A DNA stretch of 64,000 bases. Origin: Octopus sinensis. Lineage: Eukaryota. A program made the translations under genes and the position numbers. Below the pieces are notes generated by a model. The model was not told the DNA's origin, did no database searches, and saw only the letters and a list, made by a program, of their open reading frames with translations. Below, piece after piece: positions 1 to 11,048 of this stretch. Each line of letters starts with the position of its first letter. Position 1 is the first letter of the stretch. The stretch is from assembly GCF_006345805.1 (NCBI RefSeq), contig NC_043004.1, forward strand, positions 89,714,001 to 89,778,000. Reading direction: 5' to 3'.

Positions 1-1530
1 TCATATTTAAAGATCAGTACTTCTTTATGCAACTGTTCTCATTCATTACGAATCACATGACAATACCAGCGCAGTCATCTTTCGTGCTCCTTATGCCTAC
101 TTTTTTTTCTCGCAGCACATTTACACTTTGTCGTACATGCACACTGATATTGTACATCTAGTGGAGCATGCTAGCTTCATTTCTTTCAAGCCTTTGCATA
201 TTTTCTGCAGTCATATCCTACGTTTCATTTAGCCTTTTATTACTAACAGAAGTAATCACTCTCTGAACTTTCTATAGCCAGTTCTTATTCTAGCAACACC
301 CACTTCCACTGTTAATTCCATCACCTAGGTAAAAGAAATTATTAACTACTGCTATGGATCCCTCTGGGCATTTGAGGAAATCTATTTTCTGTGTGATTTT
401 AGTGTTTATTGTTCCTGCACATCTGCCACACACACAGGCTACTTTCTCTGTTAACCTTCCTGTGATTCTATTGCACTTCATGTGTTCATAGCTTGCACTG
501 GATACACTATATGGTATTCCTACCTACGCATTTTCTACATGTCGAGTAGGGCCATTTCCTTGAAGGGAATAGTAATTTGCTTCCTTGTTTACTAAGCTAA
601 CTTTAAAGCCCTTTGATTACTGGTTTTGCTTTCGAACCTAGATTTTTATCTAATGATAGATTCAGCTGTAAGAACAAGGTCATCAATATAGAAGGGTATC
701 CTCGAGAACCAGTGTTTAATCTTCTGTTATGGCCTGGAGGACTATGATAAATAAGAGAGGGCTGAGAACCGATCTCTGGTATACTCTTACCTGCACATTA
801 AATTCATTGTTATACTCTTCGCTAACTTCCATCTTATTGACAGCATTCCTGTGCATGGCTTAAACAGTTCTCGTCAACCATTCATCTAGCCATAGCTTCC
901 ACAGCGACAGTCAATTGAGAGGATTTCTCCATGTCGACAAATGCTAAACACGGCGGTTTATTTTTTGCTAAATACTTCTCCTGCAGTTGACTTACTAGGA
1001 ATATAGCACCAGTAGTGCTTCTCTCTGTCACAAACCAAACTATATGTCATCTACGTTAAATCTCTTGATGAGTTGGGCTTTAACCCTTAGTGTAACTTTC
1101 AGTACCTAGTCTAACAGTTTGACACCTCTGTAATTACTTCTGTCTAAGGCTTCTTTTCTACCTTTGTAGTGGTTGCTACACCTGTAGTTGGGTATGATAC
1201 ATTCCTGTGCAACCGGAGTAACAATATGGGTGACAAAACCTTTTCCCACTTTCGATAAATATTTTGACCATCTCAGCAGTAAATTCCGAAGGACCAGGAG
1301 CTTTCCCTGTCTTCATATTCTTAATTGATTTATCGATCACACTGCCGTTTGTTGGGCTCACATTAAGGAGACTCTCTTTCTTTACGTTTAGTAGCCTTTC
1401 ATAGTGGCACTCCCATACCTCTGTCTTTTCAGAATCAATAAATGCAAAAGTGCCATCACTCATCCTCACACACTTCTCTCTGGCAGTATGACGATTTTCT
1501 CTGACACACTGTCCTGCAATTCGGAACACT
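1..1530 (-). mobile_element. Degenerate RTE-clade LINE (RT region and 3' part)
   Basis: Minus-strand translation gives KNMKTGKAPGPSEFTAEM, QLQEKYLAKNKP-x-LAFVDMEK, YQRSVLSPLLFIIV, YIDDLVLTAE (near 680) and LRWYCHV near the window start. Frameshifts and stops are present. Confidence 0.85.
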
Positions 1531-2025
1531 ATTCATACATACATATATAAATGTGTGTGTGTGTGTGTATACACGCTCATACATACATGTACATGCATAC
1601 ATATATATGTATAAAACTGTGAGAGAGCCCTTCGCATATGCGAAAGGCTTTCTCACAGTTTCCATTCATCCAGTTGACCCACTGGTCAGCCCAGCATATC
1701 GTGCTCTACATTTGCTCTGGGCGACTGCAGCGGTACTGAACCTTAACCCTTGTGATTTCGAAGCGTACACATTATCCATACAGCCATATTTGTGTCTAAT
1801 AGGTATAGCACCCATGTTTATAAATTTATAAATACTTTGAATTACAGCGAGAATATATTTTTTTATATAAAGCGATTTAAGGAGAGTGCTTAAGAAAAAA
1901 ATATCAAATTATAATTCTACATAATATATTGAAACAGCCGAAACAAAACAAGTCAAGCTACATATGAAATAAAACATCTACAATGTTATCTAGTCTTCGG
2001 ACACAGTGTGGAACATCGAAATCGT

Positions 2026-2257
2026 TATTTCTTTACTACCCACAAGGGGCTAAACACAGAGGGGACAAACAAGGACAGACAAACGGATTAAGTCGATTAC
2101 ATCGATCCTCAGTTCGTAACTGGTACTTAATTTATCGACCCCGAAAGGATGAAAGGCAAAGTCAACCTCGGCGGAATTTGAACTCAGAATGTAACGGCAG
2201 ACGAAATACGGCTACGCATTTCGCCCGGCGTGCTAACGATTCTGCCAGCTCGCCGCC
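2026..2257 (-). mobile_element. tRNA-headed SINE family B (head ggcggcgagctggcaga, tail gggtagtaaagaaata)
   Basis: A/B-box-like head (gagttcaaattcc) and body gactttgcctttcatcctttcggggtcgataaa. About 10 copies in the window. Confidence 0.9.
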
Positions 2258-2586
2258 CTTCATCGAAATCCTGCCAATCAATTCACAGCATGCGGTAGTC
2301 TGATGACTTCATCAGCGGAAATAATTCCCAAAACGTGTCTCTTTTATACTCTAGAGTACGGGGCCCGGAGTAACGAGAAACAAACGAAATATTAATAGCA
2401 CAATTTATGAAGAATTTGCAGTGAAAACAAAAAAAAAAAAATGAAAAAAAAAGAAAAGAATTTATTGAGGAAGCCCTCAAATTCACTAAAGTCGACCGTA
2501 TCAGCTACAATTCAAGGCTAATAAATAAGAATGAGCAATAGATAATACTTCACAACTAAAGTGAGAATATAACTAACTCAGGGGAC

Positions 2587-2982
2587 TCTCTTTTACTTGT
2601 TTTAGTCATTTGACTGCGGCCATGCTGGAGCACCGCCTTTAATCGAGCAACTCGACCCCAAGACTTATTCTTTTGTAAGCCCAGTACTTATTCTATCGGT
2701 CTCTTTTGCCGAACCGCTAAGTGACGGGGACAAAAACACACCAGCATCGGTTGTCAAGCAATGCTAGGGGGACAAACACAGACACACAAACATACACACG
2801 CATTTATATATATACATATATACGGCGGGCTTCTTTTCAGTTTCCGTCTACCAAATCCACTCACAAGGCTTTGGTCGGCCCGAGGCTATAGTAGAAGACA
2901 CTTGCCCAAGGTGCCACGCAGTGGAACTGAACCCGGAACCATGTGACTGGTAAACAAGCTACTTACCACACAACCACTCCTG
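2587..2982 (-). mobile_element. tRNA-headed SINE family A (head ggcgcaggagtggctgtgtggtaag; resembles octopod OK/OR SINEs, family name not verified)
   Basis: Near-identical to copies at 3249, 16371, 26575 and 54567, with a central microsatellite and a 3' gcagtcaaatgactgaaacaagtaaaaga end. Confidence 0.9.
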
Positions 2983-3248
2983 AGCAATGTTGTAGATATT
3001 TTATTTCAGTATGTAATTAAAGTTGGTTTTTTATTGCCTCTTCGTTTTAGCTCTATCTTGCTAAAGAGGTTTCCACGATGAAATATTCGGGAAACAAGAA
3101 AAATACTCAAATTAATGCACACACGCGCGTACTCACTTACGTACGTACGTACGTACGTATGTATGTATGTATGTATGTATGTATGTATGTATGTATGTAT
3201 GTATGTATGTATGTATGTGTGTGTGTGTGTGTGTGTGTATGTCTTTGA

Positions 3249-3650
3249 CTCTTTGACTTGTTTCAGTCATTTGACTGCGGCCATTCTGGAGCACCGCCTT
3301 TAATCGAGCAACTCGACCCCGGGACTTATTCTTTTGTAAGCCCAGTACTTATTCTGTCGGTCGCTTTTGCCGAACCGCTAAGTTACGGGGACATAAACAC
3401 ACCAGCATCGGTTGTCAAGCAATGCTAGGGGACAAACACAGACACACAAACACACACACGCATATACATATATATATACATATATACGACGGGCTTCTTT
3501 CAGTTTCCGTCTACCAAATCCACTCACAAGGCTTTGGTCGGCCCGAGGCTATAGTAGAAGACACTTGCCCAAGGTTCCACACAGTGGGACTGAACCCGGA
3601 ACCATGTGGCTGGTAGACAAGCTACTTACCACACAGCCACTCCTGCGCCT
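3249..3650 (-). mobile_element. SINE family A, full length
   Basis: Same consensus as 2587-2982. Confidence 0.9.
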
Positions 3651-4768
3651 ATGTATGTATGAATGTATGTATTGATGCATATATCTATGTATATGTAGAC
3701 ATTGATCAATATCAATGCTTGGAATATCTAACACCTAATTAATCACACGGAGACTAATCAACGCCGATGTTCTAATGAAACATAAATTTGATCTGCTTCA
3801 AAACAAAGATAAATCAGAAAACGATTCACTTTTTCTCCATTATATTGATACGTAATGTAAATTTTAGTATGCGTTTTTAATTTAAGAAACACATCCAAAA
3901 CAGAATCCCGTGTCTACTGCTAACAATTTTGTGAATAAATACGTAACGCAAATTAGAGTGGCAGAGATTAGAAAAGAAAAGCTAGAAAGACACTGTAAGC
4001 AGCGCGAAAATGAAATCAAAAAGGTTTCACCGTCTCTGCTGTACATAGAGGCGGGGCTTAGTCCCTTAATGAGTATAAGTGAGTTCGTCTATCTCATTTG
4101 ATTGACACATAACGCTATCGTTTCTGCTCGTAGTATTTGCCAATATTTTCTCACTTTATGCTTATAGTACTTATAAGATATTAACTTGCATACACTATTT
4201 TTTCCTGATATATAGCATTTTACACGTTCATTTTTCTTTACGTATTTGTCACTGTTCTCGTTATCCATTCTCAGTAACCACTTTTGTTTTGTTTTCCACT
4301 TCTCTCTGTCTCTCTTACTTTCTTCCTTTCTTTCTCCCATCATCTACTTTCCCCCTCCTATTAAATGTTAACGCCTACCGAAAACTATAAACACACAGAT
4401 ACAAATTCATACACTCGCTCACAGGATGTTATATATAGTATGCGCTCCAACCTAGCAGCAGTAAAAACATAGCAGATTTGATAAGGAGAGGTGAACGAGA
4501 GGATATGGAGGAAGGAAGTAAGATTGAGATAGCGAGAGGGCGAAACACGGTGGGAGAATGAAAAATTGACAAAAATATCAGGAAAGAGAGGGAAGGAAAA
4601 TGTGAGACTATATATTATTATCTGTGTAAAAGCTTCATGAAGAAGAAAAGGAAGGAGAGAATATTCTAAACGAACGTAAGAAAAGCAGAGCCACCATTTT
4701 ACTGCATCTCACGAGCAAAACAAACCTGCCTCAATTGTGAGAGCTTCGACCAGCAACTGCTTTGCTTC

Positions 4769-4817
4769 CCAATGGAGGAACAGCTTGTCAATAGGAGTAC
4801 AGTAGCGAGCTATTTAA
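4769..4817 (+). promoter_or_regulatory. Candidate core promoter of Fz5/8 (CCAAT 4769-4773, TATA-like TATTTAA 4811-4817)
   Basis: Motif pair in unique, TE-free sequence about 1 kb upstream of the ATG. A GC-box-like GAGGCGGGGC lies near 4048-4057. Motifs only; no transcript data. Confidence 0.25.
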
Positions 4818-5049
4818 CCAGTGAGCTTCATGAAAACTATCATGGACACCTACACATTTACAGAATGTGTGTGAAGATGTATGTATGAATTTGTAACATT
4901 TTTCCTCTCGAATTGCACAGAACCATGACACAAACAAAAATATCTGTCGACTTGTTTTTCTCAAAACGGAAAAAGATAATGAACGTAGAAAATTAATTGT
5001 ACCTCTTTTTTTTTTTTCCGATGGCCGGCATTGTTATCAACAATATCTT

Positions 5050-5280
5050 CAACGTATATTCATCCTCACCACCACCACCACCACCACCGCCGCCGCCACC
5101 ACCACTACCATCATCATCATCATCCTTATCAACATCCTCCTCCTCATCACCACCACCACCACCATCACTACCATCATCAACATCATCATCATCATCACCA
5201 CCACCACAACTACCATCAACATCATCAACATCATCATCATCATCATCATAATCATCATCGTCATCATCATCATCAATGTC
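5050..5280. repeat. Compound triplet repeat (CAC/CCG/CAT/CAA)n upstream of Fz5/8
   Basis: Read directly. It explains the spurious poly-His, poly-Pro/Ser and poly-Met ORFs at 4997-5333. Confidence 0.95.
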
Positions 5281-5541
5281 ACTGCTTTCGTTGCTGCTGC
5301 AGCAGCCCGAAACAACTTAAGCAAAGTGGTTGAAAGTGATGCAGTGACTAGTCATGCCTCTTGTGGATATTTTTGCAAAGAAAAATTAAATCAGGTACAG
5401 CTGTTATTGTTGTTCATGATTAACGAGTACATATTCTGTCCAATTTGTCTCAGCTTGCGTACAAGCGAACCTTGTAAATATTGACTCCGAAACTCTAAAT
5501 GTACGCTGAAATCACATTTGTTAATTGAAGAATCTGGGGAA

Positions 5542-5595
5542 TCCTCCTCCTCCTCCTCCTCCTCCTTCTCCTCCTCCTCATCATCATCGTCGTCA
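5542..5595. repeat. (TCC)n then (TCA)n tract
   Basis: (TCC)8 TTC (TCC)3 followed by TCA repeats. Confidence 0.95.
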
Positions 5596-5830
5596 ACATT
5601 CCCATCATTTATCCATTTCCTCTTTATATCTGCTTTTGTTATTTGTCACGGCCAAGTCGCAAGTATATAAATCTACTTACCAGTCGTCAACACTAATAAA
5701 AATAAAAGAAAAGAGGTGTCATCCGATGAGAGCAGGGTGACTGAGGTCATTTGACTGCGAGGCTAAAGTGATGTCTATTTATTTTTGAAATAGTAGCTGT
5801 GTCACACGGTCGGTTGTAAGGAAAGCAGCT

Positions 5831-7576
5831 ATGAAACAAAAATGCAACCTTCGAACTTCAGCTTTAGTGTTTTTGACTTTGCTATCTTTTGTCGTGGAGG
5901 GAAAAGAGGAAGAAGAGAAACGTAAATGTGAAGAAATCACCGTACCAATGTGTCGCGATATTGGATATAATATGACCTACATGCCAAATCAGTTTAACCA
6001 AGAGACACAAGAAGAAGCTGGATTAGAGGTTCACCAATTCTGGCCTCTTGTTAAAATACAGTGTTCACCGGACCTCAGATTTTTTTTGTGTAGCCTCTAT
6101 TTACCTATTTGTATGGAGAACTATAAAAAACCTTTACCCCCATGTCGATCGGTATGTGAAAGAGCTAAAGCTGGCTGTGCTCCTGTCATGTTGGTTTACT
6201 CTTTTGTTTGGCCGGAGCATATGAACTGTGACGAACTTCCTGAATTCGGATCCAAACCATTGTGTATGGATATGAATGTTACTGATCGTCCATCACCACC
6301 AACTAAACCTCATTATCTCTTACCTACAGATCGTTCATATAACCCATTTGGAGAAACGAAGCCATGGCATTTTAATAAGCAGAATAACCCTTACTATAAG
6401 TCAAAGAACAGTCTATCTAAACACAATATAGAAACAAGTACCAAAAAGTGTTCTTGTGAATGCAAACCTCCACTAGTTCAACCAGACAATCGCAATGATG
6501 CATATTACTATAATCGGATAACCACTGGGAAAATTAAGAAATGTGCTATCAATTGTTACGGACCTTACTTCGGCCCTAATGAACGAACATTTGCCAATTT
6601 TTGGATTGGACTTTGGTCTATTTTGTGTTGTATCTCTACAGCTACTACTATCAGTACTTTTCTTATTGACATGCAAAGATTTCGTTATCCTGAACGTCCC
6701 ATCATATTTCTAAGTGCATGCTATTTTATGGTGAGCATTGGTTACATAATGCGACTAATTGTCGGGCATGAGAAAGTTGCCTGTGACGGAAACATGATAC
6801 GTTATAGTACAACTGGGCCAGCCATGTGTACAGTAGTGTTTTTATTAATTTATTTTTTTGGTATGGCTTCCTCAATTTGGTGGGTAATTTTATCTTTCAC
6901 GTGGTTTTTGGCTGCTGGTTTGAAGTGGGCCGAAGAAGCCATTGCAAGCTACTCTCAATATTTTCACCTGGCCGCTTGGTTGATACCATCAGTAAAAAGT
7001 ATTGCTGTACTGGCCATGTCTTCAGTTGATGGAGATTCTGTAGGGGGTATATGTTACGTAGGAAATCAAAATTTAGAAAATCTACGTGGGTTTGTCCTTG
7101 CACCATTGTTTGTATATCTAGTTCTTGGTACATCATTTTTATTTGGTGGTTTTGTGTCTTTATTTCGCATTCGGAACGCTATAAAACGCCAGGGACGAGC
7201 TAAAACAGAAAAATTAGAAAAACTGATGATCCGCATCGGCGTATTTTCTTTTCTATATACAGTTCCTGCAACCATTGTTATAGCAATTTATTTCTATGAG
7301 CAACACATGCGATCGGTATGGGAGACAGATTTCACCTGCTCCTGTGGAGGATATCAACACAAACCTGACTTTTCTGTTTTTATGTTAAAATATTTCATGT
7401 GTTTAGTCGTTGGGATTACGTCTGGCTTTTGGATTTGGACAGGAAAAACGCTTGATTCTTGGAAAAGATTTTATGGGAAGATTTGTCAAAGACACTCATA
7501 TAATACTTCAAGTCGTATGAAATACACGAATCCTTCATATCAAATGACCAAACCCCAGCCAATGGATCACGTCTGA
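5831..7576 (+). CDS. FZD5/8: Frizzled-5/8 Wnt receptor, single coding exon, 581 aa
   Basis: Signal peptide, then a 10-Cys CRD (CEEITVPMCRDIGYNMTYMPNQFNQETQEEAGLEVHQFWPLV), the FZD5/8-type linker CSCECKPP...YNRITTG...CAINC and YPERPIIFLS. Seven TM helices follow, with KLEKLMIRIG, the KTxxxW motif (KTLDSW) and a C-terminal ...HV as in FZD5 and Drosophila Fz2. Confidence 0.98.
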   Translation: MKQKCNLRTSALVFLTLLSFVVEGKEEEEKRKCEEITVPMCRDIGYNMTYMPNQFNQETQEEAGLEVHQFWPLVKIQCSPDLRFFLCSLYLPICMENYKKPLPPCRSVCERAKAGCAPVMLVYSFVWPEHMNCDELPEFGSKPLCMDMNVTDRPSPPTKPHYLLPTDRSYNPFGETKPWHFNKQNNPYYKSKNSLSKHNIETSTKKCSCECKPPLVQPDNRNDAYYYNRITTGKIKKCAINCYGPYFGPNERTFANFWIGLWSILCCISTATTISTFLIDMQRFRYPERPIIFLSACYFMVSIGYIMRLIVGHEKVACDGNMIRYSTTGPAMCTVVFLLIYFFGMASSIWWVILSFTWFLAAGLKWAEEAIASYSQYFHLAAWLIPSVKSIAVLAMSSVDGDSVGGICYVGNQNLENLRGFVLAPLFVYLVLGTSFLFGGFVSLFRIRNAIKRQGRAKTEKLEKLMIRIGVFSFLYTVPATIVIAIYFYEQHMRSVWETDFTCSCGGYQHKPDFSVFMLKYFMCLVVGITSGFWIWTGKTLDSWKRFYGKICQRHSYNTSSRMKYTNPSYQMTKPQPMDHV

Positions 7577-7874
7577 GAAATAGCGTCAGAATAATAGATC
7601 TTGCAAAAAATACTTTTATTCACTGAGGATTTTCTATTCCATTTATCATTAAAAGTGATCTGAAACGTCATTGGAATTCTCTCAACTTTGCTCCCATGAA
7701 TTAAACTAAGATTCATTCCAGAAATACCGACAGAAAATCCAATTATAAATGATAAAAAAAAAGTACACAAAACTTGAATATATTTAATCAATATAAATTT
7801 TAAAATATATTTTTTAAAGTTTATTTTTAAAAAAAAAGTCTACACGACCAGTGATTGAGGTTTGGTACTTGACT

Positions 7875-7893
7875 GTCGGTTTATATATATATA

Positions 7894-7933
<40 letters not shown>

Positions 7934-7995
7934 ATGTATGTATGTATATATATATGTATGTGTGAGTGTGTGTGTGTCTGTATGTCTGTCTGTGT
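7875..7995. repeat. (TA)n/(TG)n microsatellite in the presumed 3' UTR
   Basis: Read directly. Confidence 0.9.
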
Positions 7996-8891
7996 GTGCA
8001 GACACACCCGTTGAAACTCTAAAGTGCGGAGTATCTACTCTGAAACAACATACGATATAAACATACATACTTGCATATACATGCACCACATATATTAAAC
8101 ATATATTTATTATTTTCCTCTCAGAATACTTATCAATCCAATAACGAAAGTACAAGAATACATATACTATTGGAATTCGTTACATACACAAGAGTATGCA
8201 TGAAGAAAATGAGGCATACATTCATACATACCTCGACAGCTATACAAGATATTTTCTAATAATGTATGTCAGTGTGTGATCCACCTGCCAGTATGGGGTA
8301 AATGTATAAACATTTTAAATCCCATGCCATATTGTTATAAAAAACAATCAAAGTATAAAGAAAATAATGCTCACAAAATATGGTAATTTGTGTCAAACGT
8401 TGGATTTAAAAGCTGGAAATCAAGCAGACCACAGAGGATTTAATTACAGGCGACACCAAGATATAAAATTTCAATCAGAAGATATTTTTTTTTGTATCCT
8501 GTTTTCTCTCAAGTAACACTGAATAAAACATGTACGTCTATTACTGTGGATCTAACAAGATATTACTGCTCCGTTCTTATCACGACGAGAAAATTTCCTG
8601 TGATTCTTTGAGTGAAATTGAAGTGGTATTCTATACATGGAGAAAATTCACTGGATATCTTAAAACTTCGTGACATACTCGTGTATGTATAATTATATAT
8701 ATATTATTTTTTTAAAATCATAATTACAAACATTGTAAATTATAACTTACAAGCATCATAATTGTGAATGCTTAGGTTGGTTAGCTTGTTAAAATCAACT
8801 ACAATATACCTGTTTTCTGGTGTTTTATGGCTGTGATTCTATCATTTTACGATTATTATTCTTAGCAATATGTGTTAGCTTCCGCTGTATA

Positions 8892-8943
8892 AATAAATGC
8901 TAAAACATTTTAACAGTTAAGCTAAATAAATAAATAAATAAAA
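8892..8943 (+). terminator. Candidate polyadenylation region of Fz5/8 (AATAAA 8892-8897; (TAAA)n cluster 8924-8943)
   Basis: First clustered canonical AATAAA signals after the stop, following about 1.3 kb of unique AT-rich sequence. No transcript support. Confidence 0.35.
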
Positions 8944-9479
8944 TCATCATTGGAATTATGTCTTAATAGCTATGTCTTAACACTAGTGTTAAATGCCAAA
9001 TTTAAATGTATTTAGGTTTTTGAACAATGCTATTGAAAAAGGCATGAAATTAAACCTAATACAGCTGCCGTATAAACATTACGTCAGTTAAGAAGCATTT
9101 ATTGATATTATTGGTGGATAGTGTGTCCTTGTACCTATGTTATAAATCAATATTATTGGTGGATTGATAGAACCCCGCGTAGTCTGGCAAAATGCTTTTT
9201 TACGGAATTTAGGTACGTTCAGAGTTCGAATACCGGTAAGGCTGACTTTTCTCATCCATTTAGCTTGATTAAAATAAGAACTGAATCAATTTTTCTCGTC
9301 TCCGTTCCTACATGTATACCACACAATTGGAAATGTGAAAACTAGAAAAGGACGAGTTGAAGCGATTCAGTGTTTTGGATTTAAATCGACACAATTTGAA
9401 AAATGCGGCATATTCCATAACAAATTCATGTTATCGGTATACTATCAACTATAGCAGCATCGTCATGATTATCATTGTC

Positions 9480-9585
9480 ATCATCAATAGCAATAGTAGT
9501 AGTTAGTAGTAGTAGTAGTAGTAGTAGATATAATAGTGGTAACAGCCGCTTTAGTAACATGTCCGTGCTGCTGCTGCTGCTGCTG

Positions 9586-9617
<32 letters not shown>

Positions 9618-9690
9618 GTTGTTGTCGTTGTTGCTACTGCTACTCTTGCTGCTGCTGCTGCTACAGCCACTAACAACAACTACTTACTGA
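9480..9690. repeat. Compound triplet repeat (TAG)n...(GCT)n(CTA)n(GTT)n
   Basis: Read directly. It explains the poly-Ser/poly-Leu ORF at 9475-9690. Confidence 0.95.
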
Positions 9691-9824
9691 GGCTGGTTTT
9701 GTCGCCTTACTAATCTGCTGTGACTATGACTATTAGGGTTCAAGCAAAGTAAACACATTCACCGTCAGACTTAACTGTCTTCTGTTAATTTGTAGCAAAC
9801 CAACCTTCAATTTCTTCCCTCCTC

Positions 9825-9993
9825 TCTCTCTATATATATGTATGTATGTATGTTTATGTTTGTATGTATGTATGTATGTATATATATATACACTCACACA
9901 TATATACATGAATGCTTAGGTTGGTTAGCTTGTTAAATATATATACACTCACACATATATACATGCACACACACATATGTGTGTGCGTGTGTA

Positions 9994-10035
<42 letters not shown>

Positions 10036-10049
10036 CGTGTGTATATATG

Positions 10050-10083
<34 letters not shown>

Positions 10084-10152
10084 ATATATATATATATATA
10101 TTGATCGATCGAACGATCAATGTATCGGTGTGTGTGTGTGTGTGTGTGTGCT
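9825..10152. repeat. Compound (TC)/(TATG)/(TA)/(TG) microsatellite
   Basis: Read directly. It contains the templated insertion described in the findings. Confidence 0.95.
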
Positions 10153-10985
10153 TGCACGCACGTGTCATCTGTAAATCATATCTCTGTTATTTTAAAATAT
10201 AGTTTAGTATAGTTAGGTTTTCTCAAACGATGTAAATGAGAAATTATAATTCTGACGAAGTAGAAAAAAGATCTTTTGAAGTAAAAAGTGGGGAAATCAA
10301 GTAACACTTGATATTATCATCACCAAGTTGTCATATATTTGTTACAAAATACATCCAATTTTCTTAAAAAGCTCTAAATGAAAGGTATGTAATACTGAGG
10401 ACCGCTTGAAGACTGGTGATGTAGTAAAAATACTAGTGGGGCAAAAATCGTAAAGAGAGTAAGGCCTAAATTCGTCTTTTAGTTATTGTATTTCTGTTAT
10501 TTTAGAAAATAATTTGTATAATTAAACCTTCTTGAACGAGTAGATTCTAAAATTGAATGCCACGACAAAATTGGTTTAATAAGAAAAACTTAAGGAATAA
10601 AAAAACTAACCAAATTTGAATGAGATCACTTGGTTACTGAAGATATGCTTGAGCATGCGTGCGCGTAAGTGTGAGTGTGTGTATGTAGACGCGCGTGCGC
10701 ACACACACATACGTAAAGCAAATAGCAGAGTGCGAGCGAAATATCGATAATCTATATTGGCAATTACTGAGTATAAACTGTTGAGAAAAAACAAGAAATT
10801 GGGAGTGGATGTGTCGAATACGCAACCCCTAAAACTTTTTGAGTCATGTCTTCAAGAATTTCTTTAGAATACTTCTTATTTCCCAGATAGTTTTTAAAAT
10901 CAAAAATAGCATTCCTTTCTCTAAAACACACAAAGCTTTTTGATTTTCACTTTTTATGAAAACTTCAAGGGAATATTATGTGTGG

Positions 10986-11048
10986 AAATACGATTCTGGA
11001 GAAGTCATAAAAATACGATTCTGGAGAAGTCATAAAAATACGATTCTG
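10986..11048. repeat. 25-bp tandem duplication, about 2.5 copies (aaatacgattctggagaagtcataa)
   Basis: Units start at 10986, 11011 and 11036. Confidence 0.9.

Noticed and set aside
4997-5740. His-, Pro/Ser- and Met-rich ORFs upstream of Fz5/8
   Set aside because: They are translations of triplet microsatellites open in several frames and on both strands, with non-ATG starts and no domain content.
6947-6949. Ser codon AGC in EAIASYSQ as a possible A-to-I restoring site for the Gly of vertebrate FZD5/8
   Set aside because: The position varies among Frizzleds (it is not Gly in Drosophila Fz2), and editing cannot be inferred from DNA.
10250-10420. Isolated CTGACGA and CTGAGGA heptamers
   Set aside because: No GAAA at the proper distance and no stem I.
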